DNA of 36,431 bases, from NCBI GenBank assembly GCA_044345055.1, contig JBIJBT010000022.1, positions 1 through 36,431 on the forward strand, read 5' to 3'. This document shows positions 27,435 through 36,431 of the stretch, piece by piece. Position 1 is the first letter of the stretch. Each line of letters begins with the position of its first letter. A program made the position numbers and the translations under genes. Source of the stretch: Bdellovibrionota bacterium (GTDB lineage Bacteria > Bdellovibrionota_C > UBA2361 > OMIW01). The notes below the pieces were generated by a model, which saw only the letters and a list, made by a program, of their open reading frames with translations, did not search any database and was not told the origin of the DNA.

Positions 27435-28430
27435 TCAGGATTGTTGCTCGAGCTCCTGAAGACGTTTTAGAGCTTCGGCTAATTTTTGTTCATTTTCATC
27501 AGCTCGAGCTTTCTCCTGTTCAGCCCGTTTTTTCTCCCGCTCTCCTCTTTGTGAAGCTTCTTCTGCCCTTTGTTTTTCGAGCTCAGCGTTTTTCCTCTCT
27601 TGCTCCTCTCGTTGTAGCGCTTCCTCTGCTCGCTGTTTCTCATGCTCGGCCCTTTCCCTTTCATGCTCCGCCCTGTCTCGATGCTTCTGAATCTCTCTAT
27701 CTTTATCCTCGAGCTCAAGCACAATATCATCTTCAACATCCATAGCGCCTCGAATGTTTTGATCCTCTATCGCTCTTCGAAGTCGATCTAAAAGAGGTTG
27801 ATGTTGTTGAGGGATCTGGTCTTCATGAATGGATAGGGTGTGTTTATCTTCGATAGCGTTTGATTGATCAAAGAAAAGAAGAAGCTTTTCAAGCTCAGTT
27901 CTTCGTTTTTCTTTTAGGTGAGGGATCTGAATTATGAAGCTATTGTGGGTAAGACACTCGATGAACTGGACCTTTTTGGTAAATCTTTCACCAGTAGCGA
28001 TATCGATACATTCACGATTTACCTTAATTACGGGAGCCGGAAGGTCAGAGATCGCTTCACCCAAGAAATAAATCGTTATTATCGGAATTGGAACAGTTCT
28101 TCCAGTTTTTGGATCGGTTGTTTGGTTTTCTCTATTTGCGTAGTGGTTCCCAAGGTATCTTCGAAATCTAAAAAGATCTTGAGCGAACTTTGCTTTTTGT
28201 AGCTCGATAAGAACAAGCTGCTCTCCAGATCCTGAGCGAATCTTTGCCGAAAAATCAATTCGATACACAGTCACCGGAGGTCTTTCAAGCTCGATAGAGT
28301 GCTCGGTCGGTTGAATGTTTATATCTAAAAGCTCTTCATCAAGAATCGTTGAGAGCAATAACTTTGCAACCCTCTTGTCCTCGAGAAGATACTTGAATAC
28401 GGCGTCGTAAATTGGGTTTGCTATCTTCAT
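27435..28430 (-). CDS. Rpn-like / PD-(D/E)XK nuclease family 'transposase' with heptad-repeat C-terminal tail
   Basis: NPIYDAVFKYLL, RIDFSA, LIELQK, RFRRYL, IITIYFL; tail of RAExExx repeats. Confidence 0.88.
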   Translation of the reverse strand: MKIANPIYDAVFKYLLEDKRVAKLLLSTILDEELLDINIQPTEHSIELERPPVTVYRIDFSAKIRSGSGEQLVLIELQKAKFAQDLFRFRRYLGNHYANRENQTTDPKTGRTVPIPIITIYFLGEAISDLPAPVIKVNRECIDIATGERFTKKVQFIECLTHNSFIIQIPHLKEKRRTELEKLLLFFDQSNAIEDKHTLSIHEDQIPQQHQPLLDRLRRAIEDQNIRGAMDVEDDIVLELEDKDREIQKHRDRAEHERERAEHEKQRAEEALQREEQERKNAELEKQRAEEASQRGEREKKRAEQEKARADENEQKLAEALKRLQELEQQS

Positions 28431-28753
28431 GGTCTTTAAAAGCTCTCGGTGGTGTCGTTAGTTTATGTAACGAGCTTTAGCCGCCCTTTTCTGTTCTAGG
28501 TTTTTTCTAGTGCGGTAAGTGTCTGCTAATGCCGATCTTTTTGCAAGTCTAGATAATCGGAAAAGCCCCTAAAAACGAGATAATCGAGTGTCGACTGAAA
28601 CGCGAGCTACAGTGATTCCTGAGGTATTAATTGTCAGAGACATTTATGTAACACGCTGAAAAAAGGGGGTCACTCCATATCGCTGGAGCTAGCTGAACCT
28701 AGGACCTGTATACTACGTAGCTAAAAAGGTCCGAGCTTGCTAACGGCGCTCCT

Positions 28754-29623
28754 TTACCCTGAACACACAATCAAGACACTACCCACACACACGAGGGAGC
28801 CCCACAAAAGTCGCCTTTTTGTCTCTTGCTCCTGAAAGAGCATCCGGCCGCCGATAATTGATCCGAGGACGGAGAGGCGCATGAGTCCGGTTACATAGGC
28901 TCCGGGGAGAGTGGCCAGGGCGAAGAGTTTGAGGGTCATGAAGCCGACCTCGAAGATGCCGCGGAGGTTGAAGAGTTTTGCTTCTCGGAAGAAGGCCTTG
29001 CGTCGGGTGGATGAGCGGAACACGGGGATGATGAAGGGGAGAGTTGCGGCGGCGGTCATTGCAGCAGCTGAAACAAGGCTTGAGGCTCGTTGAACGGCAA
29101 GGCGATCGAAGAGAGTATTGAGGGCGAAAAATACTGAAGCGCCGAGCGCCATGAAGATACCCTGCATCGCGGGTGAACCAGATGAAGAAGCGTTGGCGGA
29201 GCGGCGCGGAAGGAGTCCGATCGTACCGACGACGCTTAGAAGCACGCCAGTGATGCCCATAGGAGTGAGCTTGTCGCCTGAAACAATCGGTCCTATTACG
29301 AGGAGAAGAACGGGGGATAGGGCAAAAAAGGGAGCAATAAGTGAGATATCGGTCTTGCCGAGCGCTGACATTTTAAGCCACTCAGCGCATGCATCGGTAA
29401 GGCTGCGAAGGCCGACGAATATCCAAAATGGAGTGGAGAGATCGCCAAGGGGAACGCCGAAAATAAAGCAGAGGACGAGCCCCACCGCGTAGTACGGCAG
29501 CGCATAAGCAAAGCTTGCAAGGGTCGAGGTCGTTCCATCAACGCGCGACGCCACAGACTTGCTGACCATGTCTTTGCTGACGGAGAAAACAGTAGCGGTG
29601 AGGGCGGCGAGGGTATGAATCAT
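28754..29623 (-). CDS. EamA/DMT family transporter
   Basis: About 10 hydrophobic helices in two repeats; ISLIAPFFALSP, GDKLT..G..G, FQEQE motifs. Confidence 0.88.
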   Translation of the reverse strand: MIHTLAALTATVFSVSKDMVSKSVASRVDGTTSTLASFAYALPYYAVGLVLCFIFGVPLGDLSTPFWIFVGLRSLTDACAEWLKMSALGKTDISLIAPFFALSPVLLLVIGPIVSGDKLTPMGITGVLLSVVGTIGLLPRRSANASSSGSPAMQGIFMALGASVFFALNTLFDRLAVQRASSLVSAAAMTAAATLPFIIPVFRSSTRRKAFFREAKLFNLRGIFEVGFMTLKLFALATLPGAYVTGLMRLSVLGSIIGGRMLFQEQETKRRLLWGSLVCVGSVLIVCSG

Positions 29624-30139
29624 GGAGTGATTTTTGCGATTGCGCCCAGTAAAGAATGCGCGGTTGTGGATGAGAGCGGTATTGGCAAGAAGAGTATCAG
29701 AACGCGAACGCCAAAAGTAGGGGGTGACAGAAGTGTCGACTAGACCACAGCCGGTGCGATCTGTTCTCGCGCTGCCCCGGCATCAACGGCGGGGGCGATC
29801 ACATTTTTTCCGATAAGCGGAAAACTCAAAAACAACAAGATTGACTGCGACTTTAGCCGAGCAAGGAGTCCGAGGATTGTCGCATCTAATATAAGCAGGA
29901 GCCTCGGACCTCTGCGACTTTAAGCTAAATAGTTTGAGGCATCTCTTGCGAAAAATCGGCAAAATACAAAGATTATTTAAGCCCGATTGCCCGAGGAGCC
30001 GCCAGAAAAGCTCGATTGTTCACACTCTGCCGAAAAACCACCTACCTAAAAACTTTGACCACGCAGTTCCTAAAAGCTATCCTTTCGGCCCAGTAGAGCA
30101 GCAATTATTTGGCTTAATGAGCGTTAAGGGGCAAACGAG

Positions 30140-30616
30140 ATGCAAATCGAAGGTAAACGAGAAGATGCCAAGAATATCCCCCGTGCTCGTATCGCAATAC
30201 TCCACGCTGAGTATTACTTAGATGCGATTGAACGGATGGTTGAGGCGTGTGTTGATGTGCTCGGGCCGACTGGGTGCGAGAAGCCCGATATCTTTTCGGT
30301 TCCTGGGTGCGTCGAGCTACCTCTTGCAGCGCGGCGGATAGCGCGTCTTGGAAAGGGGTATGAGGCGATTATTTGTTTTGGGGTGATAATCAAGGGCGAT
30401 TCGTACCATTTTGATATTGTCGTTGATACAGCGACGCGCGGGCTCGCTCAGGTTATGTTTGAGGAAGATTTACCGATTATTGTGGAGATCATCCCTGCGG
30501 ATTCCATGTCTATCGTTGAGGCAAGAACGGGGCGAGATTCTAAGAATAAAGGTATCGAGGCAGCAGTTACCGCTTCAAAGGTCATAGCTTGGAGAAGGGA
30601 ACACCAACCCAAATAG
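30140..30616 (+). CDS. ribH: 6,7-dimethyl-8-ribityllumazine synthase
   Basis: VPGCVELPLAA, AIICFGVIIKGDSYHFD, NKGIEAA; adjacent to riboflavin synthase. Confidence 0.92.
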   Translation: MQIEGKREDAKNIPRARIAILHAEYYLDAIERMVEACVDVLGPTGCEKPDIFSVPGCVELPLAARRIARLGKGYEAIICFGVIIKGDSYHFDIVVDTATRGLAQVMFEEDLPIIVEIIPADSMSIVEARTGRDSKNKGIEAAVTASKVIAWRREHQPK

Positions 30617-30649
30617 CGCTAGAAATCGTCAATTAATGAGGATTTAAAG

Positions 30650-31315
30650 ATGTTCACCGGAATAGTGCGTGATCGATATCAGGTGACCTCAGTAGAGAGG
30701 CTCGGAGCGTTTTGCCGTGTGGAGATATCTCTCGATAAGCAACTTCTCTCCACCCTTGAGAGAGGTTCGAGCGTTGCAGTTGATGGAGTTTGCCTAACGG
30801 TCACCGACCTGACAGAGACGAGCGGCTCATTCGATATTATGCAGGAGACGCTGCGTGTCACAACTCTCAACGATATTGCGATTGGTCGGATGGTGAATAT
30901 CGAGCCATCGCTCTCGACTCAGCGAGATATCAGTGGACATATTGTGTCTGGTCACATCGATACGACCGCCACCATTACCGCTATTGAATGGCCCGATGAA
31001 AACAATTGCACCGTGACCTTTGCGATCGATCCTAAATGGATGCGATATATTTTTCAGAAGGGATATTTAGCAATTAATGGATGTTCCCTGACAGTTGGTG
31101 TAGTCGATAAGAAGGTTGGACAATTTTCAGTGTATCTAATTCCAGAGACGATTCGTCGGACCACCTTTGAGTTACTACAGGTGGGGGACCGATCTAATAT
31201 CGAGGTTGAGCGTCAAACTCAGGTTATCGTCGATACAATTTGGGCAAGTATGGAGGATTTTAGAGAGCAATTTGCAGAGGAGCTGCGGAGAGAGTTTGCG
31301 GCGATGTTAAAATAA
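30650..31315 (+). CDS. ribE: Riboflavin synthase (alpha chain)
   Basis: MFTGIV N-terminus, GSSVAVDGVCLTV, GHIVSGHID, NGCSLTV, LIPET. Confidence 0.95.
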   Translation: MFTGIVRDRYQVTSVERLGAFCRVEISLDKQLLSTLERGSSVAVDGVCLTVTDLTETSGSFDIMQETLRVTTLNDIAIGRMVNIEPSLSTQRDISGHIVSGHIDTTATITAIEWPDENNCTVTFAIDPKWMRYIFQKGYLAINGCSLTVGVVDKKVGQFSVYLIPETIRRTTFELLQVGDRSNIEVERQTQVIVDTIWASMEDFREQFAEELRREFAAMLK

Positions 31316-31411
31316 TAACTGGCCGAAAACTAAAAGCGCCCGAAAAAGCTTGGTGAAAAATCTTGTTATCGACAAATGGAATTTAAAAATAAAATCTACT
31401 TTAGAGGACGA

Positions 31412-32011
31412 TTAAATCCCAATAACCAAAAGTTGCAAAATTCCAACCAAAAATCCAAGAACCCCTCCCAATAATTCGATGGTGCGAAGTTCTCTCGAAG
31501 CGACTCGATGGATCAGCTCCTCCAACCGATCAAGTTCTAGGGTTGCAACTTTACTCTCAACTATTTTTTGAAAATCGACCTTGTCTTCAACTGCGGTAAT
31601 CACATGCTCAATGAGGCGGGGAGTGCGTTCTTCTAGTTGGGTAATCAGTGCGCTTCGCACCTTTAATAACGCCTCTCCCTGAAGAAACATACCGACCATC
31701 GGGTTTTGCTCTGCAAACCCTCGGATAAATCCATCTATTTCCTGCTCAATCTCGGAACTAATTTTGCCCTTAGTTTCGGGCAGCTTTAGAACGCTCGTAA
31801 TATCGTCGTGACTTATCAAATCGCGAGCAACCACGTCCCCAATACTACGGGCGATCTCAGCTTGTCGCTTGGGTACAAGCCCGTGAAGGGTGCAGACACC
31901 AAGGTTAATCGGTGTTCGCGGCCTAAACAGCATCCGTATCGCGATAAAATTGGTGATCCAGCCTATAAGAGCTGCGATCGTGGGAATCAGAATAATCGAC
32001 GAAATGTCCAT
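31412..32011 (-). CDS. DUF445 family membrane protein
   Basis: IGWITNFIAIRMLFRP N-terminus and ELRTIELLGGVLGFLVG C-terminus. Confidence 0.9.
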   Translation of the reverse strand: MDISSIILIPTIAALIGWITNFIAIRMLFRPRTPINLGVCTLHGLVPKRQAEIARSIGDVVARDLISHDDITSVLKLPETKGKISSEIEQEIDGFIRGFAEQNPMVGMFLQGEALLKVRSALITQLEERTPRLIEHVITAVEDKVDFQKIVESKVATLELDRLEELIHRVASRELRTIELLGGVLGFLVGILQLLVIGI

Positions 32012-32129
32012 AAACAGCAGCTATTTTGAACAAAAGACTGTGACAATCTTGGCGTGCAAATCAGACCGTGCAAACCCGTGCCGCTACGCATCTTCACCGA
32101 TCAGCGCGCGCCGACCGGCACTAATTATG

Positions 32130-33104
32130 CTACCGCAACACCCGATCAACCGCCTCAAGGCACCGTTCTTTCGAGGGTAGAATAACTGCCTCGAGCGATT
32201 TTGCGTACGGCATCGGGATCTCAAGTGATGATACGAGTTCTACCGGGGCATCGAGCTCGTCAAATGCTTTTGTGCTTATCAAATGGCTCAAATAAGCGCC
32301 GTAGCTTGCGACCTGATGCTGCTCCTGAATGATAACGACTCGATGAGTCTTTGAGACTGAATTAAATATCGCCTCTTCATCGAGTGGACGAAGAGAACGC
32401 AGATCGAGCAGATCTGCTGATATTCCTCTCGATTGCAGCTCGTCGACAACCTGCAGCGCAAGAAATACGTTTTTCGACCAGGTAATGATCGTTACATCAC
32501 TTCCTTCGCGCTTGAGGTCAGCCTTACCGATCGGAACCGTATATTCTCCCTCTGGAACCTCGCCTTTGAGGCTGTATGTGAGTTCGGATTCGAAGAACAC
32601 GACAGGGTTGTCGTTTCGGATAGCGCTCTTTAGAAGCCCCTTCATATCGTAAGGAGTTGCTGGAGCAAGCACAATCAAGCCGGGGGTATATGCGTAAAAA
32701 TGCTCGAATGAATTCGCATGTTGAGCACCGAGCTGATAAGCCGCTCCACCTGCACCACGAAACACGATAGGACATTGAAGCTGGCCCGCAGACATTAGAC
32801 GGGCTTTAGCCGCGGTGTTAAGGATCTGGTCTATCGCGATGAGAGAAAAATTGAAGGTCATGAATTCGACGATCGGTCGAAGTCCCAACATCGCTGCGCC
32901 GATCCCGAACCCCGCAAACCCGTTTTCAGCTATCGGTGCGTCTATGACTCGCTGAGCGCCGAACTGATCGAGCATTCCCTTAGAACATTTATACGCACCG
33001 TTATAGGAACCAACCTCCTCACCGACTAGGAAAACTCGGGAGTCTCGTTCCATCTCTTCGGTCATCGCCTCCTTCAAGGCATCCCTGATAGCTATTTCTC
33101 GCAT
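32130..33104 (-). CDS. pdhB: Pyruvate dehydrogenase E1 beta subunit
   Basis: GEEVG.YNGAYK, DAPIAE.GF.G, RPIVEFMTFNF, PIVFRG, GAQH; ATG 33104 (alternative GTG 33119). Confidence 0.95.
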   Translation of the reverse strand: MREIAIRDALKEAMTEEMERDSRVFLVGEEVGSYNGAYKCSKGMLDQFGAQRVIDAPIAENGFAGFGIGAAMLGLRPIVEFMTFNFSLIAIDQILNTAAKARLMSAGQLQCPIVFRGAGGAAYQLGAQHANSFEHFYAYTPGLIVLAPATPYDMKGLLKSAIRNDNPVVFFESELTYSLKGEVPEGEYTVPIGKADLKREGSDVTIITWSKNVFLALQVVDELQSRGISADLLDLRSLRPLDEEAIFNSVSKTHRVVIIQEQHQVASYGAYLSHLISTKAFDELDAPVELVSSLEIPMPYAKSLEAVILPSKERCLEAVDRVLR

Positions 33105-33262
33105 CGCCTTCGTCTCCACTTCGGAAAAAATTTACTATCGGCTCGCATCGCTCTGGCAGGAGGTGAGCCTAATCAACGCTCAATGATTTGCAACTAATAC
33201 TTGTGTTAATAAATTTTTGATTGAACGTTGATCGATTCTTGTTTCATCAGGTCGATTCTGTT

Positions 33263-34210
33263 TTACACCATTACGTAGTCACCAGCGGTCGCAGGATCCG
33301 GCATCGGTGATTCCTCGGCAAACCGAACAGCATCGGCTATTTCGACCTCGATCTCGTTATCAATCTCCTCCCTCCTTACCTTTAGGCCGAGGGCATCGAG
33401 TTTGCCCGCGAGAGTTGTAATCGGATCTCGGGAGCGCCACTCTTCGACATCCGCCTTGGTCCGATATGTAGCAGGGTCCGCCATGGAGTGTCCCCGATAT
33501 CGGTAGGTGCGTGCTTCGATAAGAGTTGGCTGTCGCTTGTCGCGCGCCCGACGAACAGCATCAAGGATACAGCTGCGCACCTTGAAGATATCGTGCCCGT
33601 CGACAGTGTCTCGTGCCATCGGGTATCCCATCGCTCGAATCGAGAGATCGGCGGTTGCCGCTGTTTTCTCCAGCGGCGTGCCCATCGCAAAATAGTTGTT
33701 CTCGATGATATATATTACAGGTAATTTCCAAAGCGCTGCGAGCGCGAGCCCCTCATGGAATGGGCCGATATTGATAGCACCATCTCCCATGTAGCAAAGT
33801 ACAACTGCGCCCGAATCGTTCATGACATTTGCGAACGCCATTCCCGCAGCCACCGGTATCTGAGCACCCACGATACCCCAGCCACCGAAAAAGTTTTTCG
33901 ATGCATCGTAAAAGTGCATCGAACCGCCTCTTCCCTTCGAACATCCCGTCTCTTTACCGAGCAGCTCCGCCATTCCCTCCCGAGCGTTACCACCACGAGC
34001 AAGGTAATGCCCATGACACCGATATGCAGTAATGACCTGATCTTTCTCTTCGAGCACAGATGCCGCGCCGACCGCCACAGCTTCTTGCCCGATATAAAGG
34101 TGCAAAAATCCCCCGATCTTTCGCTCAGTGTAGAGTCGGGCCGCCTCCTCTTCAAAGCGTCGAATCCGAACCATACTCCGATAAAGGTCTGCTAAAATTT
34201 CATTATCCAT
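33263..34210 (-). CDS. pdhA: Pyruvate dehydrogenase E1 alpha subunit
   Basis: GFLHLYIGQEA, GRGGSMH, GDGA...NN TPP motif, TYRYRGHSMADP. Confidence 0.96.
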   Translation of the reverse strand: MDNEILADLYRSMVRIRRFEEEAARLYTERKIGGFLHLYIGQEAVAVGAASVLEEKDQVITAYRCHGHYLARGGNAREGMAELLGKETGCSKGRGGSMHFYDASKNFFGGWGIVGAQIPVAAGMAFANVMNDSGAVVLCYMGDGAINIGPFHEGLALAALWKLPVIYIIENNYFAMGTPLEKTAATADLSIRAMGYPMARDTVDGHDIFKVRSCILDAVRRARDKRQPTLIEARTYRYRGHSMADPATYRTKADVEEWRSRDPITTLAGKLDALGLKVRREEIDNEIEVEIADAVRFAEESPMPDPATAGDYVMV

Positions 34211-34443
34211 ACCGATGTAACTCCTGAGCGCTCCCGCTGATTTTGAATCGGTCGCATCTATAGTGAGCGATAAACGTCCGAAGAGTACGGAACCTTTGAT
34301 TTAAGGTCAACGGGGTACTAGCGCATACGGCGTTTGGGTTCTTGGCCATATGCAGGAGGGGGGCGCTCTGTCATCATGGTGACCAAGCCTAGTATCATTT
34401 TGATTCGCATCCACCCTTTCGATTGTTTTTTAGCCTTTAATCC

Positions 34444-35064
34444 ATGCCCTATCCTCGCCATCTCCTCGCCGTTGATCCGAGTCTGACTTGCTCAGGGTGG
34501 GCACTGTTTCGGGTGATCGATTGCTCAATTATTGGAATTGGGAATATCCGTTCTCTTTCGGCCGATCACGTGCTTCCTGATCGATTGCGTGATTTACAAG
34601 GAAAAGTCCTTCAAACCCTTGAACGGTGTGATATTGGCTCATCCGATGTTGTGGTTTGCGAGATGCAGACGACGATGCGGGATCCTAGTGCAGCGACTAA
34701 AGTGGAGCAGGTTCGAGCGATTTTTGAGGTATTATCCCGTGTACGCGGTGCTCAGGTACCCGGTCGGATAAATCCCCGTTCAATTCATAATGAGTTACTA
34801 GGTATGCGAGGAGCGCAGCGATCAAGAGCGCTGGTCAAGGCATCTGCAGTTCAGGTAGCCCGCAGTCTCTTTGGTCAACAGCTCGCTGCGATCGGTTTCG
34901 ACCCCTCAGTCCCACATTTGCAACGAAATCAGGACATCGTAGATGCTCTTCTCATCGGTCACGTGGCAGTAACCCGGGTCCGGTCGGCTGTGGTAGCGGG
35001 TGCTCGAATTACAGAGCTTTTTGCTCCTCGCACGACGAGACGACGTGCCGAAATGCGGCGTTAG
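34444..35064 (+). CDS. RuvC-like (RNase H fold) Holliday-junction resolvase homologue
   Basis: LLAVDPSLTCSGWA (Asp I), VVCE (Glu II), DIVDALLIG (Asp III/IV). Confidence 0.8.
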   Translation: MPYPRHLLAVDPSLTCSGWALFRVIDCSIIGIGNIRSLSADHVLPDRLRDLQGKVLQTLERCDIGSSDVVVCEMQTTMRDPSAATKVEQVRAIFEVLSRVRGAQVPGRINPRSIHNELLGMRGAQRSRALVKASAVQVARSLFGQQLAAIGFDPSVPHLQRNQDIVDALLIGHVAVTRVRSAVVAGARITELFAPRTTRRRAEMRR

Positions 35065-35250
35065 TAGCACGAAAAGGAGCGATCTATCGATATTTTCGCA
35101 GCCGTAGGTGGTGTGGGCTTCGAAGCTAGAGTATCCTAGCATTTCTGTTATTGTGGCTATGCTCCCGAAGATTTAGCTGGATCGCTAATTACGGCCGCTT
35201 GCTCTACTTATGCCAATCTGACCTAAAAAACATTCTGTTAGAGGAGTTCC

Positions 35251-36330
35251 GTGATTATGCGACCGCGCGATATGTTTGAGGGTCGAGGCCAAGGGGGAGT
35301 TGAACCAGCTGGGCATCGGTTTTATCGAGAGGTTCGGGAGGTCCTTTTTTGTCTCTGCATAATGATAGGGGTCCTACTTATTGGGACTCTCGGTTTTTCG
35401 TTCATTGAGGGGTGGAGTTTTTTTGATTCCCTCTACATGACAGTGATTACTCTTGCTTCGGTCGGGTTTCAGGAGGTTCATCCCTTGACCGTTCCGGGTA
35501 GGGTTTTCACGATAGTTTTGATTTTAACGGGACTAGGTGTAATGACCGTACTGTTTACGACCATTGCACAAAAGGTCGTACAACAGCAGATTTTTTTTGC
35601 GATTCGGGATAGACGTATGGGTGAACAGATTAGAAAGCTTGAGGGCCATACTATCATCTGCGGCTTTAGCCGCCTTGCCCGGATTGCAATCAGAGAGCTT
35701 CTCGCCTCAGGTACTCAGGTGGTTATTATTGAGTTTGAACCCACGCGTGCAGCCGAGGCTCGGGAGCTCGGATATTTTGTTGTTCAGGGAGATGCAACTC
35801 ACGATGAAACGCTTCTTGCTGCGGGTATACAGCGAGCCCGTTCATTAGTAACTTTACTTCCAAAAGATGCAGATAACCTATATGTCATTCTCTCGTGTAG
35901 AGAGCTATCGCCTGAGCTCTTTATCATGACCCGAGCAGAGGATGAGGCTGGAGAAAAAAAACTGCAACGGGCTGGTGCAAGCAGAATAATTTCTCCGTAT
36001 AGAGTAGGTGGCCAAAAGATAGCTGAAGGTCTTACCCGTCCATATGTGACAGAGTTCCTTGATCTTGCAGTTTCAAGCACCGGTTCACATCTACAGCTTG
36101 AGGAGATTCGGATACCACAAGGTTCACCGCTGCACGGTCATACCCTAAGGGAGGCAGAGCTGCGACAAAGGACAAATGTGATCGTAGCGGCCATTATTAT
36201 GCCGAACGGAAATATGCATTTTAATCCTGATGGAGCAACTGAGATAAAAGAGGGTTCGACCTTTATTGCGTTGGGGATGCGAGAGGAGCTTCATCTTCTT
36301 GAGCGTATGCTGCTCGGTGAGTTGGCTTAG
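35251..36330 (+). CDS. Potassium channel protein with pore domain, RCK/TrkA-N and TrkA-C domains
   Basis: WSFFDSLYMTVITLASVGF pore helix, HTIICGFSRLA, GDAT, IISPY..GG, C-terminal TrkA-C; start 35251 or 35257. Confidence 0.92.
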   Translation: MIMRPRDMFEGRGQGGVEPAGHRFYREVREVLFCLCIMIGVLLIGTLGFSFIEGWSFFDSLYMTVITLASVGFQEVHPLTVPGRVFTIVLILTGLGVMTVLFTTIAQKVVQQQIFFAIRDRRMGEQIRKLEGHTIICGFSRLARIAIRELLASGTQVVIIEFEPTRAAEARELGYFVVQGDATHDETLLAAGIQRARSLVTLLPKDADNLYVILSCRELSPELFIMTRAEDEAGEKKLQRAGASRIISPYRVGGQKIAEGLTRPYVTEFLDLAVSSTGSHLQLEEIRIPQGSPLHGHTLREAELRQRTNVIVAAIIMPNGNMHFNPDGATEIKEGSTFIALGMREELHLLERMLLGELA

Positions 36331-36431
36331 AGGCCTTAAGTTTTTGATTGTTTTAATAGCTGGAATCTAGACGCTTATGTTCAGACAGCAGAGAAAATAT
36401 CAGCTCCCAAGCTTCCCGCCAAATGCCAAAA

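Noticed and set aside
29624..30139. FMN riboswitch upstream of ribH-ribE
   Set aside because: Conserved RFN blocks (GGGGCGGGGTGAAATTCCC, AGCCCGCGA, AGTCCGGATG) were not found.
32130..34210. pdhA-pdhB without adjacent E2/E3 genes
   Set aside because: Split pdh loci are common; not informative.
34444..35064. RuvC-like ORF as a TnpB/Cas12-type nuclease mobilising the repeats
   Set aside because: Only 206 aa with a contiguous RuvC fold, no zinc finger or HTH, and not adjacent to any repeat copy.

Overview
Gene-dense bacterial chromosomal window. Gene content such as coaBC followed by a UDG-like gene suggests a deltaproteobacterial/Bdellovibrionota-like organism; this is inference only. Mostly housekeeping genes: pstS, amtB, an M16 peptidase pair, a PLP aminotransferase, a TPR protein, a degenerate cbiA/cobB homologue, rtcB, an M23 peptidase, an MBL hydrolase, coaBC, nfeD-SPFH, AI-2E and EamA transporters, ribH-ribE, pdhA-pdhB, a RuvC-like nuclease and a K+ channel/RCK protein. 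There are two accessory patches. One (1.2-4.2 kb) holds two convergent orphan genes separated by a hairpin-packed spacer. The other (25.4-28.7 kb, visibly AT-richer) holds two disrupted genes and an Rpn/PD-(D/E)XK gene. The most notable unexplained feature is a modular non-coding element built almost wholly of abutting palindromes. It occurs as two 247-bp direct copies (13873-14119, 15677-15923) that bracket the cbiA-like gene and abut the rtcB ribosome-binding site, plus an inverted variant (about 26375-26546). It has imperfect terminal inverted repeats with TA at most ends, a compensatory base-pair insertion, CsrA-type GGA hexaloops on one strand, and a 27-bp terminal redundancy resembling a right-end/left-end circle junction. 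No rRNA, tRNA or CRISPR array was recognised.
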